A stretch of 9,600 bases of DNA from Candidatus Auribacterota bacterium (GTDB lineage: Bacteria; Auribacterota; UBA6266). The notes beneath the pieces were generated by a model. The model was given only the letters and a program-made list of their open reading frames with translations, had not been told where the DNA came from and made no database searches. The position numbers and the translations under genes are program-made. Location: positions 1 through 9,600 of the forward strand of contig JAGLRQ010000112.1 of the NCBI GenBank assembly GCA_023136205.1, read 5' to 3'. This document shows positions 1 through 7,629 of this stretch, in pieces (the stretch's first letter is position 1; each line of letters begins with the position of its first letter).

Positions 1-1
1 C

Positions 2-3000
2 GGCATGACTGAATTGTCTTTAACTCTCGGAGACGCGGATAAATCTCTAAACCTTGATTATAACGAAATTACAATAACACGCAAACTTTTTCGTTCAGGA
101 GAAAGTGCATACCTTATTAATAAAACCCCCTGCCGTTTGAAAGATATCAGTGAGTTATTTATGGGAACAGGGCTGGGGCTCAGTTCTTATTCCGTAATGG
201 AACAGGGTAAAATGGATTTAATACTGAAGTCGAAGCCTGATGACAGAAGGTATCTTTTTGAAGAAGCCGCTGGCATAACAAAATATAAAACCAAGAAAAA
301 AGAAGCCTTAAGGAAACTTGAATACACAGAGTCTAATTTGCTCAGGTTAAGTGATATTATTTCCGAGGTGAAACGTCAAATAAATTCGGTAAAAAGGCAG
401 GCATCGAAAGCAAAGAAATATAAAAACATAGATGATGATCTGCGTGAACTTGAAACAAAAATAACTTCTTTCAAGTATAATTCGATGAAAGAAGAACATC
501 AACTGATGAAAAACAAATCGGATAGTTTTGACGAACAGGAAAAAACTCTTCATCAGAAAATAGCAGCCTGTGAAAAAGAGATCAATCAAAACCGAATCAA
601 CATGGATGAAATTTTATCCAATTTGAGCAAGCTTCAGGAAAAAAGATTTGAACTCTCGAGGGACATTGAGAGTATAAAGACCCGCTCTTCTTATAATAAA
701 GAAAGGGTGGAAGAACTTACAAAAAACTCAAGCATTAAAAAGAAGGAAATCTCCGGACTGAAAAGCAAGGCAGAAGAACTTAAAGATAAAAAGGAAAATA
801 TCCTGAAGGAACTTGAAAGGGCCACAAATGAAAGAAAATCTATTGATATGGAAGTAAAAGAATCTTCCGGAGAGTTAAGTAACGTTAATATCCGGATTAA
901 TACATGCATCTCGGATATAAAACAAAAGAAAGACAAGTCGGTTGAGGCGCTGACTATAAACTCTCAGAAAAACAATGAGATTATTGTCCTCGACCAAAGA
1001 GAGCGGGATATTGTTCTGCGGGAGAAAAAATTTAAGGTAGAAGAAGAAGAATATCATTCAAAAATAGAATCTATTTCAAGCCAGTTGAAAATCAAGACTG
1101 CCGAGCTCCATCAACAGCAGAACCATATCCGGAAGATTAAAAAAGAGATCGAGGACGTGCAGTCTGACATTTTTACCAGAAAAGAAAGATTGGATGGAAT
1201 TGTGCGGGAAAAAATTAATGCGCAGAATCTAAGATCTGAAAAGCAATCAAAACTTGAAGTTCTTCTTGAATTGAAGAAGAAATACGAAGGATTTCTGGAA
1301 GGAGCCAAAGATATTCTTAAAGCGTCAAGGGAAAACAGTGTCCTGAAAGGCATTATCGGCCCGGTTTCAGAAGTCGTGAAAATTGATTCCGGATTTGAGC
1401 TTGCGGTTGAGGCATCACTGGAATCCAACTCGCAGGTCATTATAACAGGTTCCGATACCGAGGGCCTGGATGCTCTTCAATACCTTAAAAAAAGCAATTC
1501 GGGGCGTGCTTCTTTTATGGCTGTCAATGCTCCAAAAGTAATAACACAGTATGATGTGTCATTGCTTCAGTCCGAAGAGGGATTTGCCGGGCATATTCTG
1601 GATTTCATTTCATATGAAATCCGGTTCAAAGATATCATGCTTTTCCTCCTGGGAAATGTTGTTGTTTTTTCTGATTTTGATAAAGCTCTGTCGGCTGCAA
1701 AAAAACATAATTATCCCTGTGATATTGTAACAAAATCCGGAGATATGATAACCGACAGATGTAAAATTTCCGGAGGTGAAAACAAAGAGGTTCTCAAAGG
1801 CATCATCACAAGAGAAGGCCAGATTTCCCGGCTTGAACAGGAAGTAGGAGCATTGGATATTAAAATCGGGGAATTATCTTCATCATCTGGAAAGATGGAT
1901 ACTGAAATGCTCGGCATCACCAAAAATTCCGAAACTTTACATGCTGATCTCTACACAAATGAAGTTAATCTGGCAAATCTGAATTCCGAAGTTGCCCGTC
2001 TCGAAAGCCAGTCTGCTCAGATTAAATCAGAAAAAGAAAGGCTTTTATCAGAGATAGATGTTCTCCTAAAAGAAAAACATTCAATAATGGATAAAAGGAA
2101 AAAAACCAAAGCTAGCTTTGAGGAAAGCACAAAGGAAAGCAAAGATCTGGAACTGCTTATAAAAACAACTGAAGAGGAACGCGAAGAACTTACGGATCAA
2201 AAAAACAGGATTATGGAGCGTTTAACAAACTTAAAAATAAGGCAAAGTGAACTTAAATCCAGGGAAGATTCTATCCGGGAAGGTGCCGGGGCAATAAATT
2301 CTATGCTCGAAGAGACAGATTCTACCCTTGAAAAAGCCGGAATAGAAATTAAAGCGTCGCAGGAAAGAATAGCTGTTCTTAACAGTGAAATAAGCTCTGC
2401 TGGCGTACGAGAAAAAGAACTAAAGGAAAAACTTTCGGAGAATGAAACAAACGAAAGCACCCTGTTGTCGAAAAAGGAAAGCGTGAATTTGAATATTCTG
2501 GAAGCAGAAAACATTTTAACGGCTAAAAGATCCGAGCTAACGGCACTTCAGGACAATAGTAAAAATGTTGAGATTAAATTTACCGAACTTAAGCTGAACA
2601 TTGATAACCTGAGAGAAAGAATATGGGATGAATACAAGGTTGCCCTTGAAGAAAAAGAAAAAGAATCGTTTGATAATGTTAATTGGGACGAAGTAGAAAT
2701 GAGGATTTCTGAGTTAAAAAGGCAAAGGGATTCTATTGGTTTAGTAAGCCTTGGCGCAATAGAAGAATTCGAAGAACTTGAAGAGAGAATAAAATTTCTC
2801 ACGGAACAGCAGGCTGATTTGCTCAAATCAAAAGAATCTCTTCATACAGCTATCAGGACCATAAACACTACAACGAGAAAGGTTTTTATTGAGACCTTTG
2901 AAAAAATAAGGAACAATTTTAAAGAGATGTTCGAAATTCTTTTTGGAGGGGGCAAGGCTGACCTTCGTTTTGTCGGAGAAGGGGATGTCCTGGAAGCCGG

Positions 3001-3355
3001 GGTAGATATCATAGCAACACCTCCCGGGAAGAAACTAAGACTCATAGATCAGCTTTCCGGAGGGGAAAAAGCCTTGACCGCCATTGCTCTTTTATTTGCC
3101 CTTTTTAAAGTCCGCCCAAGTCCGTTCTGTGTTCTCGATGAAATCGATGCGCCTCTTGATGAAACGAATATAACCAGGTTTGTTAACCTCCTGAAAGATT
3201 TTACCGAAAAAACACAGTTTATCATCATTACCCACAACAAAAGGACAATCGGTATTTCCGATGTTATGTACGGGATAACAATGGAAGAAAAGGGTGTCTC
3301 CAAAGTTGTTTCTGTTAAGTTTGCGGGTAAGGAGCCCGAACTGGTCGCGGGATAA
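2..3355 (+). CDS. smc: Chromosome segregation ATPase SMC, 5'-truncated by the window edge (about 70 N-terminal residues including Walker A are missing)
   Basis: The frame is open from position 2, so the Met at 5 is internal. The translation begins in the SMC head (SLTL...ITITRKLFRSGESAYLINKTPCRLKDISELFMGTGLG...FEEAAGITKYK). Long K/E-rich coiled-coil arms follow, then a hinge (GIIGPVSEVVKIDSGFELAVEASL), the C-terminal ABC signature LSGGEKALTAIALLFALF and Walker B FCVLDEIDAPLD. Stop TAA at 3353-3355. Confidence 0.95.
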   Translation, partial: GMTELSLTLGDADKSLNLDYNEITITRKLFRSGESAYLINKTPCRLKDISELFMGTGLGLSSYSVMEQGKMDLILKSKPDDRRYLFEEAAGITKYKTKKKEALRKLEYTESNLLRLSDIISEVKRQINSVKRQASKAKKYKNIDDDLRELETKITSFKYNSMKEEHQLMKNKSDSFDEQEKTLHQKIAACEKEINQNRINMDEILSNLSKLQEKRFELSRDIESIKTRSSYNKERVEELTKNSSIKKKEISGLKSKAEELKDKKENILKELERATNERKSIDMEVKESSGELSNVNIRINTCISDIKQKKDKSVEALTINSQKNNEIIVLDQRERDIVLREKKFKVEEEEYHSKIESISSQLKIKTAELHQQQNHIRKIKKEIEDVQSDIFTRKERLDGIVREKINAQNLRSEKQSKLEVLLELKKKYEGFLEGAKDILKASRENSVLKGIIGPVSEVVKIDSGFELAVEASLESNSQVIITGSDTEGLDALQYLKKSNSGRASFMAVNAPKVITQYDVSLLQSEEGFAGHILDFISYEIRFKDIMLFLLGNVVVFSDFDKALSAAKKHNYPCDIVTKSGDMITDRCKISGGENKEVLKGIITREGQISRLEQEVGALDIKIGELSSSSGKMDTEMLGITKNSETLHADLYTNEVNLANLNSEVARLESQSAQIKSEKERLLSEIDVLLKEKHSIMDKRKKTKASFEESTKESKDLELLIKTTEEEREELTDQKNRIMERLTNLKIRQSELKSREDSIREGAGAINSMLEETDSTLEKAGIEIKASQERIAVLNSEISSAGVREKELKEKLSENETNESTLLSKKESVNLNILEAENILTAKRSELTALQDNSKNVEIKFTELKLNIDNLRERIWDEYKVALEEKEKESFDNVNWDEVEMRISELKRQRDSIGLVSLGAIEEFEELEERIKFLTEQQADLLKSKESLHTAIRTINTTTRKVFIETFEKIRNNFKEMFEILFGGGKADLRFVGEGDVLEAGVDIIATPPGKKLRLIDQLSGGEKALTAIALLFALFKVRPSPFCVLDEIDAPLDETNITRFVNLLKDFTEKTQFIIITHNKRTIGISDVMYGITMEEKGVSKVVSVKFAGKEPELVAG

Positions 3356-3357
3356 AA

Positions 3358-3404
3358 ACAGTGGCTAGTCCCCTCCGGGGAGGCTACGCTATGCTTCGCA
3401 CTAT
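3358..3404. repeat. Copy A of a 47-nt GC-rich intergenic element (REP-like); the inverted partner is at 9448-9494
   Basis: ACAGTGGCTAGTCCCCTCCGGGGAGGCTACGCTATGCTTCGCACTAT matches the reverse complement of 9448-9494 at 42/47 positions by hand alignment; the core 3368-3404 matches at 35/37. It contains a TCCCC-TCC-GGGGA hairpin and, on the minus strand, GCGAAGC and GTAG motifs. It starts 3 nt after the smc stop, between convergent gene ends. Confidence 0.85.
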
Positions 3405-3439
3405 CTCGTAAAGAAAGAGAAAAAAACTTAAATTACCTA

Positions 3440-4600
3440 TTATCTACTGCTTTTTAAAAATCTCTTAATTCTAAAAAGAGCTTCCTTGATATTTTTAATG
3501 TTTGTAGCATAGCACATTCTGACAAAGCCTTCTGAGTTTTCACCAAAAGCGGTCCCGGGAACAACAGCCACTTTTTCGGATTTAAGAAGAGCATTTGAAA
3601 ATGTTTTTGAATCCATGCCTGTCTTCTTAATCGAAGGAAAAGAATAAAAAGCACCCTCGGGCAAATGGCATTTTAAACCAAGCTCATTGAGACCGGACAC
3701 AATAAAGTTACGCCGCCTTTTATATGCTTTTTTCATTTCATTAACAGCTTCACTGCCTCTCTTGATAGCTTCAATTGAAGCTATCTGTCCCGTGATGGGA
3801 GCGCACAGTATGGTATATTGATGTATTTTATTCATCGCCGAGATAATCCATTCCGGGCCGCAGGTGTATCCTATCCTCCAGCCGGTCATTGCATGAACTT
3901 TTGAAAACCCGTTCATGTAGACAGTTCTTTCTTTCATCCCGGGAAATGTAAACATTGGAGTATGTGTATAATCATAAGTGAGTCCACCGTAAATTTCATC
4001 GGATACAACTATTATATCTGATTTTTTGATCTCGCCGGCAATTTTGCTGAGTTCACCCTTTGAATATGAAGTCCCCGTGGGATTACATGGGTAATTCAGG
4101 AGAAACAGCTTTGTTTTCTTCGACAGGGATTTTCTGACATCTTCCGGCATAACCTTGAAATTATTTTCCAAGGTGGTGTTTATCCTTTTTACTTTTCCCC
4201 CTGCCATGCTCACAGTAGGAGCATAAGACACATAGCAGGGCTCATGTATTAAAACCTCATCCCCGTCATTAAGCATGGAGCGCATAACAAGGTCCATAGC
4301 TTCGCTGACTCCAACGGTAATAAGTATTTCCGTATCGGGATTATATTTGACACCGTATTTTTTTTGGATATCTTCTGATATTGCATACCTGAGTTCAAAC
4401 AGGCCTTTGTTGGAAGTATATGATGTATAACCGTTTTCAAAAGAGTATATTGCTGATTCAATTATATTCCACGGCGTTACAAAATCCGGCTCTCCTACGC
4501 CCAGTGATATAACATCGTCCATTCCTATCACCAGATCAAAGAATTCCCTGATTCCCGAGGGTTTTAAAGATTCTATCTTTTTAGAAATATCCTTTTTCAT
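3440..4600 (-). CDS. PLP-dependent aminotransferase, class I/II (aspartate/aromatic aminotransferase-like)
   Basis: 386-aa ORF with family-typical motifs: LNYPCNPTG, VSDEIYGGLTY, the PLP-lysine motif NGFSKVHAMTGWRIGY, and C-terminal GFVRMCYA. The ATG at 4600 lies 10 nt after the upstream Lrp-like stop with no separate SD, which suggests co-transcription and translational coupling. Substrate specificity cannot be read from the sequence. Confidence 0.9.
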   Translation of the reverse strand: MKKDISKKIESLKPSGIREFFDLVIGMDDVISLGVGEPDFVTPWNIIESAIYSFENGYTSYTSNKGLFELRYAISEDIQKKYGVKYNPDTEILITVGVSEAMDLVMRSMLNDGDEVLIHEPCYVSYAPTVSMAGGKVKRINTTLENNFKVMPEDVRKSLSKKTKLFLLNYPCNPTGTSYSKGELSKIAGEIKKSDIIVVSDEIYGGLTYDYTHTPMFTFPGMKERTVYMNGFSKVHAMTGWRIGYTCGPEWIISAMNKIHQYTILCAPITGQIASIEAIKRGSEAVNEMKKAYKRRRNFIVSGLNELGLKCHLPEGAFYSFPSIKKTGMDSKTFSNALLKSEKVAVVPGTAFGENSEGFVRMCYATNIKNIKEALFRIKRFLKSSR

Positions 4601-4610
4601 AAGCTGACAT

Positions 4611-5099
4611 TTAAAGAGAAATTGCTAATCTCTTGTCCTTTTTCCGGGTGTAAAAAATATCCCCGCTTTGCTTGTATTTTTTAAGAATAAAGTGAGTTTG
4701 TGTTCCCCGAACATGATCTATGGTTGACAGTTTTTCAGCGACAAAATTACCCACGCAGTTAATGTTCTTGCCCGTTACTATCAAAAGAAGGTCATACCCT
4801 CCTGACAAAAGGTAACAGCTTTTAACTTCGGAAAAACTGTAAATTCTTTCAGCAACCTTATCAAACCCGACCCCTCTTTCGGGAGAAATACTGACTTCTA
4901 TAAGAGCCCTTACTTCGTTAAAGTTTTTATCTTTGATAGCCTCTTCATTTAAAACAGCTCTGTATTTTAAGATAATACCTTTTTTCTCGTACTCTAAAAT
5001 TTTCTGCTTAACGACGCTTTCTTTTTTGCCTGTCATTTTAGCAATTTCTTTTGGGGTCGTTCTGGCATCTTTTTCAAGGATTTCTAATATTTCATCCAT
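4611..5099 (-). CDS. Lrp/AsnC-family transcriptional regulator
   Basis: 162 aa with an N-terminal winged HTH (DARTTPKEIAKMTGKKESVVKQKILEYEKKGII) and a C-terminal AsnC/RAM-type effector domain (RALIEVSISPE...VKSCYLLSGGYDLLLIV). A strong SD AGGAGG (minus strand, 5106-5111) sits 6 nt upstream of the ATG. Confidence 0.9.
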   Translation of the reverse strand: MDEILEILEKDARTTPKEIAKMTGKKESVVKQKILEYEKKGIILKYRAVLNEEAIKDKNFNEVRALIEVSISPERGVGFDKVAERIYSFSEVKSCYLLSGGYDLLLIVTGKNINCVGNFVAEKLSTIDHVRGTQTHFILKKYKQSGDIFYTRKKDKRLAISL

Positions 5100-5156
5100 T
5101 TTTAGCCTCCTGTAAATAAAACGTGTTTTTTAAACCGTAAATGCTAATAGTATACC

Positions 5157-5186
5157 GTGAATGATATTTTGTGAATAGTTATTTTT
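5157..5186. repeat. Imperfect tandem direct repeat GTGAAT-N-ATTTT x2, immediately upstream of the rib -35 box
   Basis: GTGAATGATATTTT (5157-5170) is directly followed by GTGAATAGTTATTTTT (5171-5186), in the divergent lrp-like/rib promoter region. Confidence 0.6.
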
Positions 5187-5190
5187 GATG

Positions 5191-5218
5191 TTGACATATC
5201 ATTTCCCTGTGGTATTAT
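5191..5218 (+). promoter_or_regulatory. Sigma70-type promoter of the rib leader (-35 TTGACA, extended -10 TGgTATTAT)
   Basis: TTGACA at 5191-5196, a 16-nt spacer, then TGG-TATTAT at 5210-5218 (TGn extended -10). The predicted start, around 5225, coincides with the 5' edge of the FMN aptamer P1 stem. Confidence 0.75.
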
Positions 5219-5224
5219 ATCATT

Positions 5225-5343
5225 CGTCTTCAGGGTAGGGTGTAATTCCTAACCGGCGGTGAAAGCCCGCGAATCCTATTAACATTAGGATTGATCCGGC
5301 GAAAATCCGGAGCCGACGGTAAGAGTCCGGATGGGAGAAGATA
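5225..5343 (+). promoter_or_regulatory. FMN riboswitch (RFN element) aptamer
   Basis: Near-consensus RFN blocks are present: TCTTCAGGGTAGGGTGTAATTCCTAACCGGCGGT, AAGCCCGCGA, GATCCGGCGAAAATCCGGAGCCGACGGTAAGAGTCCGGATGGGAGAAGA. P1 pairs TCTTC (5227-5231) with GAAGA (5337-5341). There is a variable hairpin AATCCTA...TAGGATT. The element lies directly upstream of ribBA. Confidence 0.95.
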
Positions 5344-5361
5344 TATTTGTAATTGTATTTT

Positions 5362-5392
5362 AAGCTCTGAAGAATTTTTCAGAGCTTTTTTT
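5362..5392 (+). terminator. Intrinsic terminator serving as the riboswitch expression platform
   Basis: A perfect 10-bp stem, AAGCTCTGAA (5362-5371) with TTCAGAGCTT (5378-5387), has a 6-nt loop and runs into a T7 tract (5386-5392). The T tract abuts the ATG at 5393. Confidence 0.85.
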
Positions 5393-5404
5393 ATGAGAAA
5401 CTAT

Positions 5405-6604
5405 ATGAAATTCAATACCGTTAAAGAGATTATAGAAGATTTAAAAAAGGGCAAAATAGTTATCCTGGTTGATGATGAAAACCGGGAAAACGAAGGTGAC
5501 CTTGTTATGGCTTCGGAAAAAGCTACTCCCGGAGACATAAATTTTATGGCGAGCCGCGGCAAGGGCCTCATCTGTGTGCCAATGGAAGGGAAAAAGCTTG
5601 ATAATCTGAATCTCGAACCGATGGTAAAAACAAGCATGGACAGTTACAAAACAGCTTTTACCGTTTCTGTCGATGCTAAAGAGGGAACTACCACGGGGAT
5701 TTCCGCTCATGACAGAGCAAAAACAATAAAACTTCTTTCCAGCCCCGGTTCAGTTTCATCTGATTTTCTGCGGCCCGGACATATATTTCCGCTGAGAGCA
5801 AAGGAAGGCGGGGTGCTTGTAAGGGCGGGGCATACTGAGGCAGCGGTTGATTACATGAAGTTAGCGGGATTTTCCCCGGCGGGTGTAATCTGTGAAATAA
5901 TGAATGACGACGGTACAATGGCACGCCTCCCGGAACTAAAAATATTCGCGTCCAGACATAATCTTAAAATATCCACAATAAAACAGCTAATAAAGTACAG
6001 GCATCAAAACGAAAATTTAATTAAATGCGAAGTAAAAACAAAACTGCCTACTAAATTTGGGACCTTTAAAATATATGGATATGCTTCTAAGATCGACAGC
6101 CAGCATCACGTAGCTCTGGTCATGGGGAAGATTACAAAGAAAACGCCTGTAATGGTAAGGGTCCATTCAGAGTGTCTTACCGGAGATGTATTCAATTCCT
6201 TGAGATGTGACTGCGGTAATCAGGTTGAGCTTGCCATGAGGAAAATATCCGAAAAGAAAAATGGCGTCATACTTTACATGAGGCAGGAGGGACGCGGTAT
6301 CGGACTGTTAAATAAATTAAAAGCTTATGTGCTTCAGGATAAAGGGTATGACACTGTTGAGGCAAATGTACAACTCGGGTTCCAGGATGACCTCCGTGAT
6401 TATGGTATCGGAGCCCAGATTCTTGAAGATATAGGTGTCGGCAATATTATTCTGTTAACAAATAATCCCCGAAAGGTAATCGGCCTTGAAGCATATGGGA
6501 TTAAGATTGTAGGGAGAGAACCTCTTATCGGAAAGGTTACAGAATATAATAAGAAGTATCTCAAAACAAAGAAGCAAAAAATGGGACATATACTCAATCT
6601 GTAA
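5405..6604 (+). CDS. ribBA: Bifunctional 3,4-dihydroxy-2-butanone-4-phosphate synthase / GTP cyclohydrolase II
   Basis: The N-terminal DHBP synthase domain has [21 protein letters not shown] and [10 protein letters not shown]. The C-terminal GCH II domain has [41 protein letters not shown] and TNNPRKV. The track start at 5291 is a TTG inside the riboswitch and is rejected. The real start is ATG 5405 ([10 protein letters not shown], best fit to the N-terminal length of homologues I recall) or ATG 5393 (MRNY-). Confidence 0.93.
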   Translation: MKFNTVKEIIEDLKKGKIVILVDDENRENEGDLVMASEKATPGDINFMASRGKGLICVPMEGKKLDNLNLEPMVKTSMDSYKTAFTVSVDAKEGTTTGISAHDRAKTIKLLSSPGSVSSDFLRPGHIFPLRAKEGGVLVRAGHTEAAVDYMKLAGFSPAGVICEIMNDDGTMARLPELKIFASRHNLKISTIKQLIKYRHQNENLIKCEVKTKLPTKFGTFKIYGYASKIDSQHHVALVMGKITKKTPVMVRVHSECLTGDVFNSLRCDCGNQVELAMRKISEKKNGVILYMRQEGRGIGLLNKLKAYVLQDKGYDTVEANVQLGFQDDLRDYGIGAQILEDIGVGNIILLTNNPRKVIGLEAYGIKIVGREPLIGKVTEYNKKYLKTKKQKMGHILNL

Positions 6605-6627
6605 TTTTATTATAGATTGAGAAATTC

Positions 6628-6655
6628 CAAATCCTAAATAACAAATCCTAAATAA
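6628..6655. repeat. Perfect 14-bp tandem duplication CAAATCCTAAATAA x2 in the ribBA-ribH spacer
   Basis: 6628-6641 and 6642-6655 are identical, within a 105-nt very AT-rich spacer. Confidence 0.9.
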
Positions 6656-6709
6656 ATATTAAATTTAAATAAACAAAACAAAAACTTTTTAAAAAAGGAG
6701 GATATTATA

Positions 6710-7183
6710 ATGGGTAAAGTTATTAGCGGTAATCTTATTGCGACCGGTAAGAAATTTGCAATAGTCGCAAGCAGGTTTAACGAGTTTATTACAAGTAAGC
6801 TTATTAATGGAGCACAGGATTGTTTCCTGAGGCACGGAACAAAAGCAAAAGACCTTGATGTAATATGGGTTCCGGGTTCTTTTGAAATTCCGCCCACGGC
6901 TAAAAAATTAGCGAAAATAAAAAAATATAATGCTATAATCTGCCTCGGCGCCGTTATAAGGGGAGAAACACCTCATTTTGATTATATAAGCAGTGAAGCC
7001 GCAAAAGGGGTTGCCAGTGTAGCAATGGATACAGATCTGCCGGTTATCTTTGGTATTATAACAGCAGACACACTTGAACAATCTATCGAAAGAGCCGGGA
7101 CAAAAGCAGGAAACAAAGGTTTTGACGCGGCACTCTCGGCAATTGAGTTATCTAGTCTATATGATCAGATTTCTTCCACATAA
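6710..7183 (+). CDS. ribH: 6,7-dimethyl-8-ribityllumazine synthase
   Basis: 157 aa with [22 protein letters not shown] and [15 protein letters not shown] motifs. SD AGGAGG at 6696-6701 lies 8 nt before the ATG. Confidence 0.95.
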   Translation: MGKVISGNLIATGKKFAIVASRFNEFITSKLINGAQDCFLRHGTKAKDLDVIWVPGSFEIPPTAKKLAKIKKYNAIICLGAVIRGETPHFDYISSEAAKGVASVAMDTDLPVIFGIITADTLEQSIERAGTKAGNKGFDAALSAIELSSLYDQISST

Positions 7184-7203
7184 TACAACAAAGGTGAAAA
7201 ACA

Positions 7204-7629
7204 ATGGGGAGCAGAAGAACAGCAAGAGAAGTAGTTATTAAAAAATTATATGCTTATGAAATATCAAAGGGCGGCGATAATCCCTGTGAAGAATTGCTGA
7301 TAGAAGACTGCAGTAAATTTGATAAAAAGGCCAGGATCTTTGCCGATGCCCTCTATGAGGGAATACAAAAACATGTGTCTGAAATTGATTCTATTATAAA
7401 AACGTATGCCGATAACTGGGAAATAGAGAGGATGGCTGCTCTGGATAAAAATATTCTTAGAACAGCAATATATGAAATGAAATATATGGAAAACATTCCT
7501 CCCGTTGTTTCCATTAACGAGGCTATAGATATGGCGAAGAAATACAGCACCAGAGACTCCGGTAAATTTGTAAACGGCATACTTGATAAAATCCATAAAA
7601 AGCTGATCCTGCAAGAAAAAAACCCATGA
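7204..7629 (+). CDS. nusB: Transcription antitermination factor NusB
   Basis: 141 aa with N-terminal RRTAREVVIKKLYAYE, LDKNILRTAIYEM, and a C-terminal FVNGILDKI motif. SD AAGGTGA is at 7191-7197. ribH-nusB adjacency is a widely conserved arrangement. Confidence 0.93.
   Translation: MGSRRTAREVVIKKLYAYEISKGGDNPCEELLIEDCSKFDKKARIFADALYEGIQKHVSEIDSIIKTYADNWEIERMAALDKNILRTAIYEMKYMENIPPVVSINEAIDMAKKYSTRDSGKFVNGILDKIHKKLILQEKNP

Noticed and set aside
347-3303. A series of minus-strand ORFs of 60-109 aa inside smc (347-589, 691-936, 875-1057, 1111-1440, 1711-1923, 2197-2514, 2548-2826, 2842-3045, 3049-3303)
   Set aside because: All lie antisense to a well-supported SMC frame. Their translations are low-complexity and F/S/L-rich, as expected from reading GAA/AAG/AAA-rich coiled-coil codons backwards. 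None has a recognisable motif or RBS.
3369-3381. Element hairpin TCCCC-TCC-GGGGA as a bidirectional intrinsic terminator for the convergent smc and aminotransferase genes
   Set aside because: The stem is only 5 bp with a 3-nt loop, and no T tract follows it on either strand in the correct position. On the minus strand the T-rich run lies upstream of the hairpin. It may still pause or stabilise transcripts but is not a canonical terminator.
3454-5115. Short ORFs overlapping the aminotransferase and lrp-like genes: 3454-3654 and 4249-4461 on the minus strand in alternative frames, and 4933-5115 on the plus strand
   Set aside because: They are embedded in better-supported genes, and their translations have no family signatures.
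5291-5404. N-terminal extension of ribBA given in the ORF track (TTG start at 5291, [18 protein letters not shown]...)
   Set aside because: The extension runs through the FMN riboswitch aptamer and its terminator hairpin, and its sequence is not RibBA-like. Homology to the RibBA N-terminus begins at [10 protein letters not shown] (5405).
6628-6655. Tandem repeats (also 5157-5186 and 9427-9447) as a possible CRISPR array
   Set aside because: Each has only 2-3 units of 7-16 bp, directly abutting with no spacers, and there are no cas genes. The architecture does not fit a CRISPR array.
5401-6897. Minus-strand ORFs antisense to ribBA and the ribH start (5401-5637, 5441-5710, 5688-5924, 6400-6597, 6634-6897)
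   Set aside because: Antisense to conserved rib coding sequence or spanning the AT-rich spacer, with no recognisable protein features.
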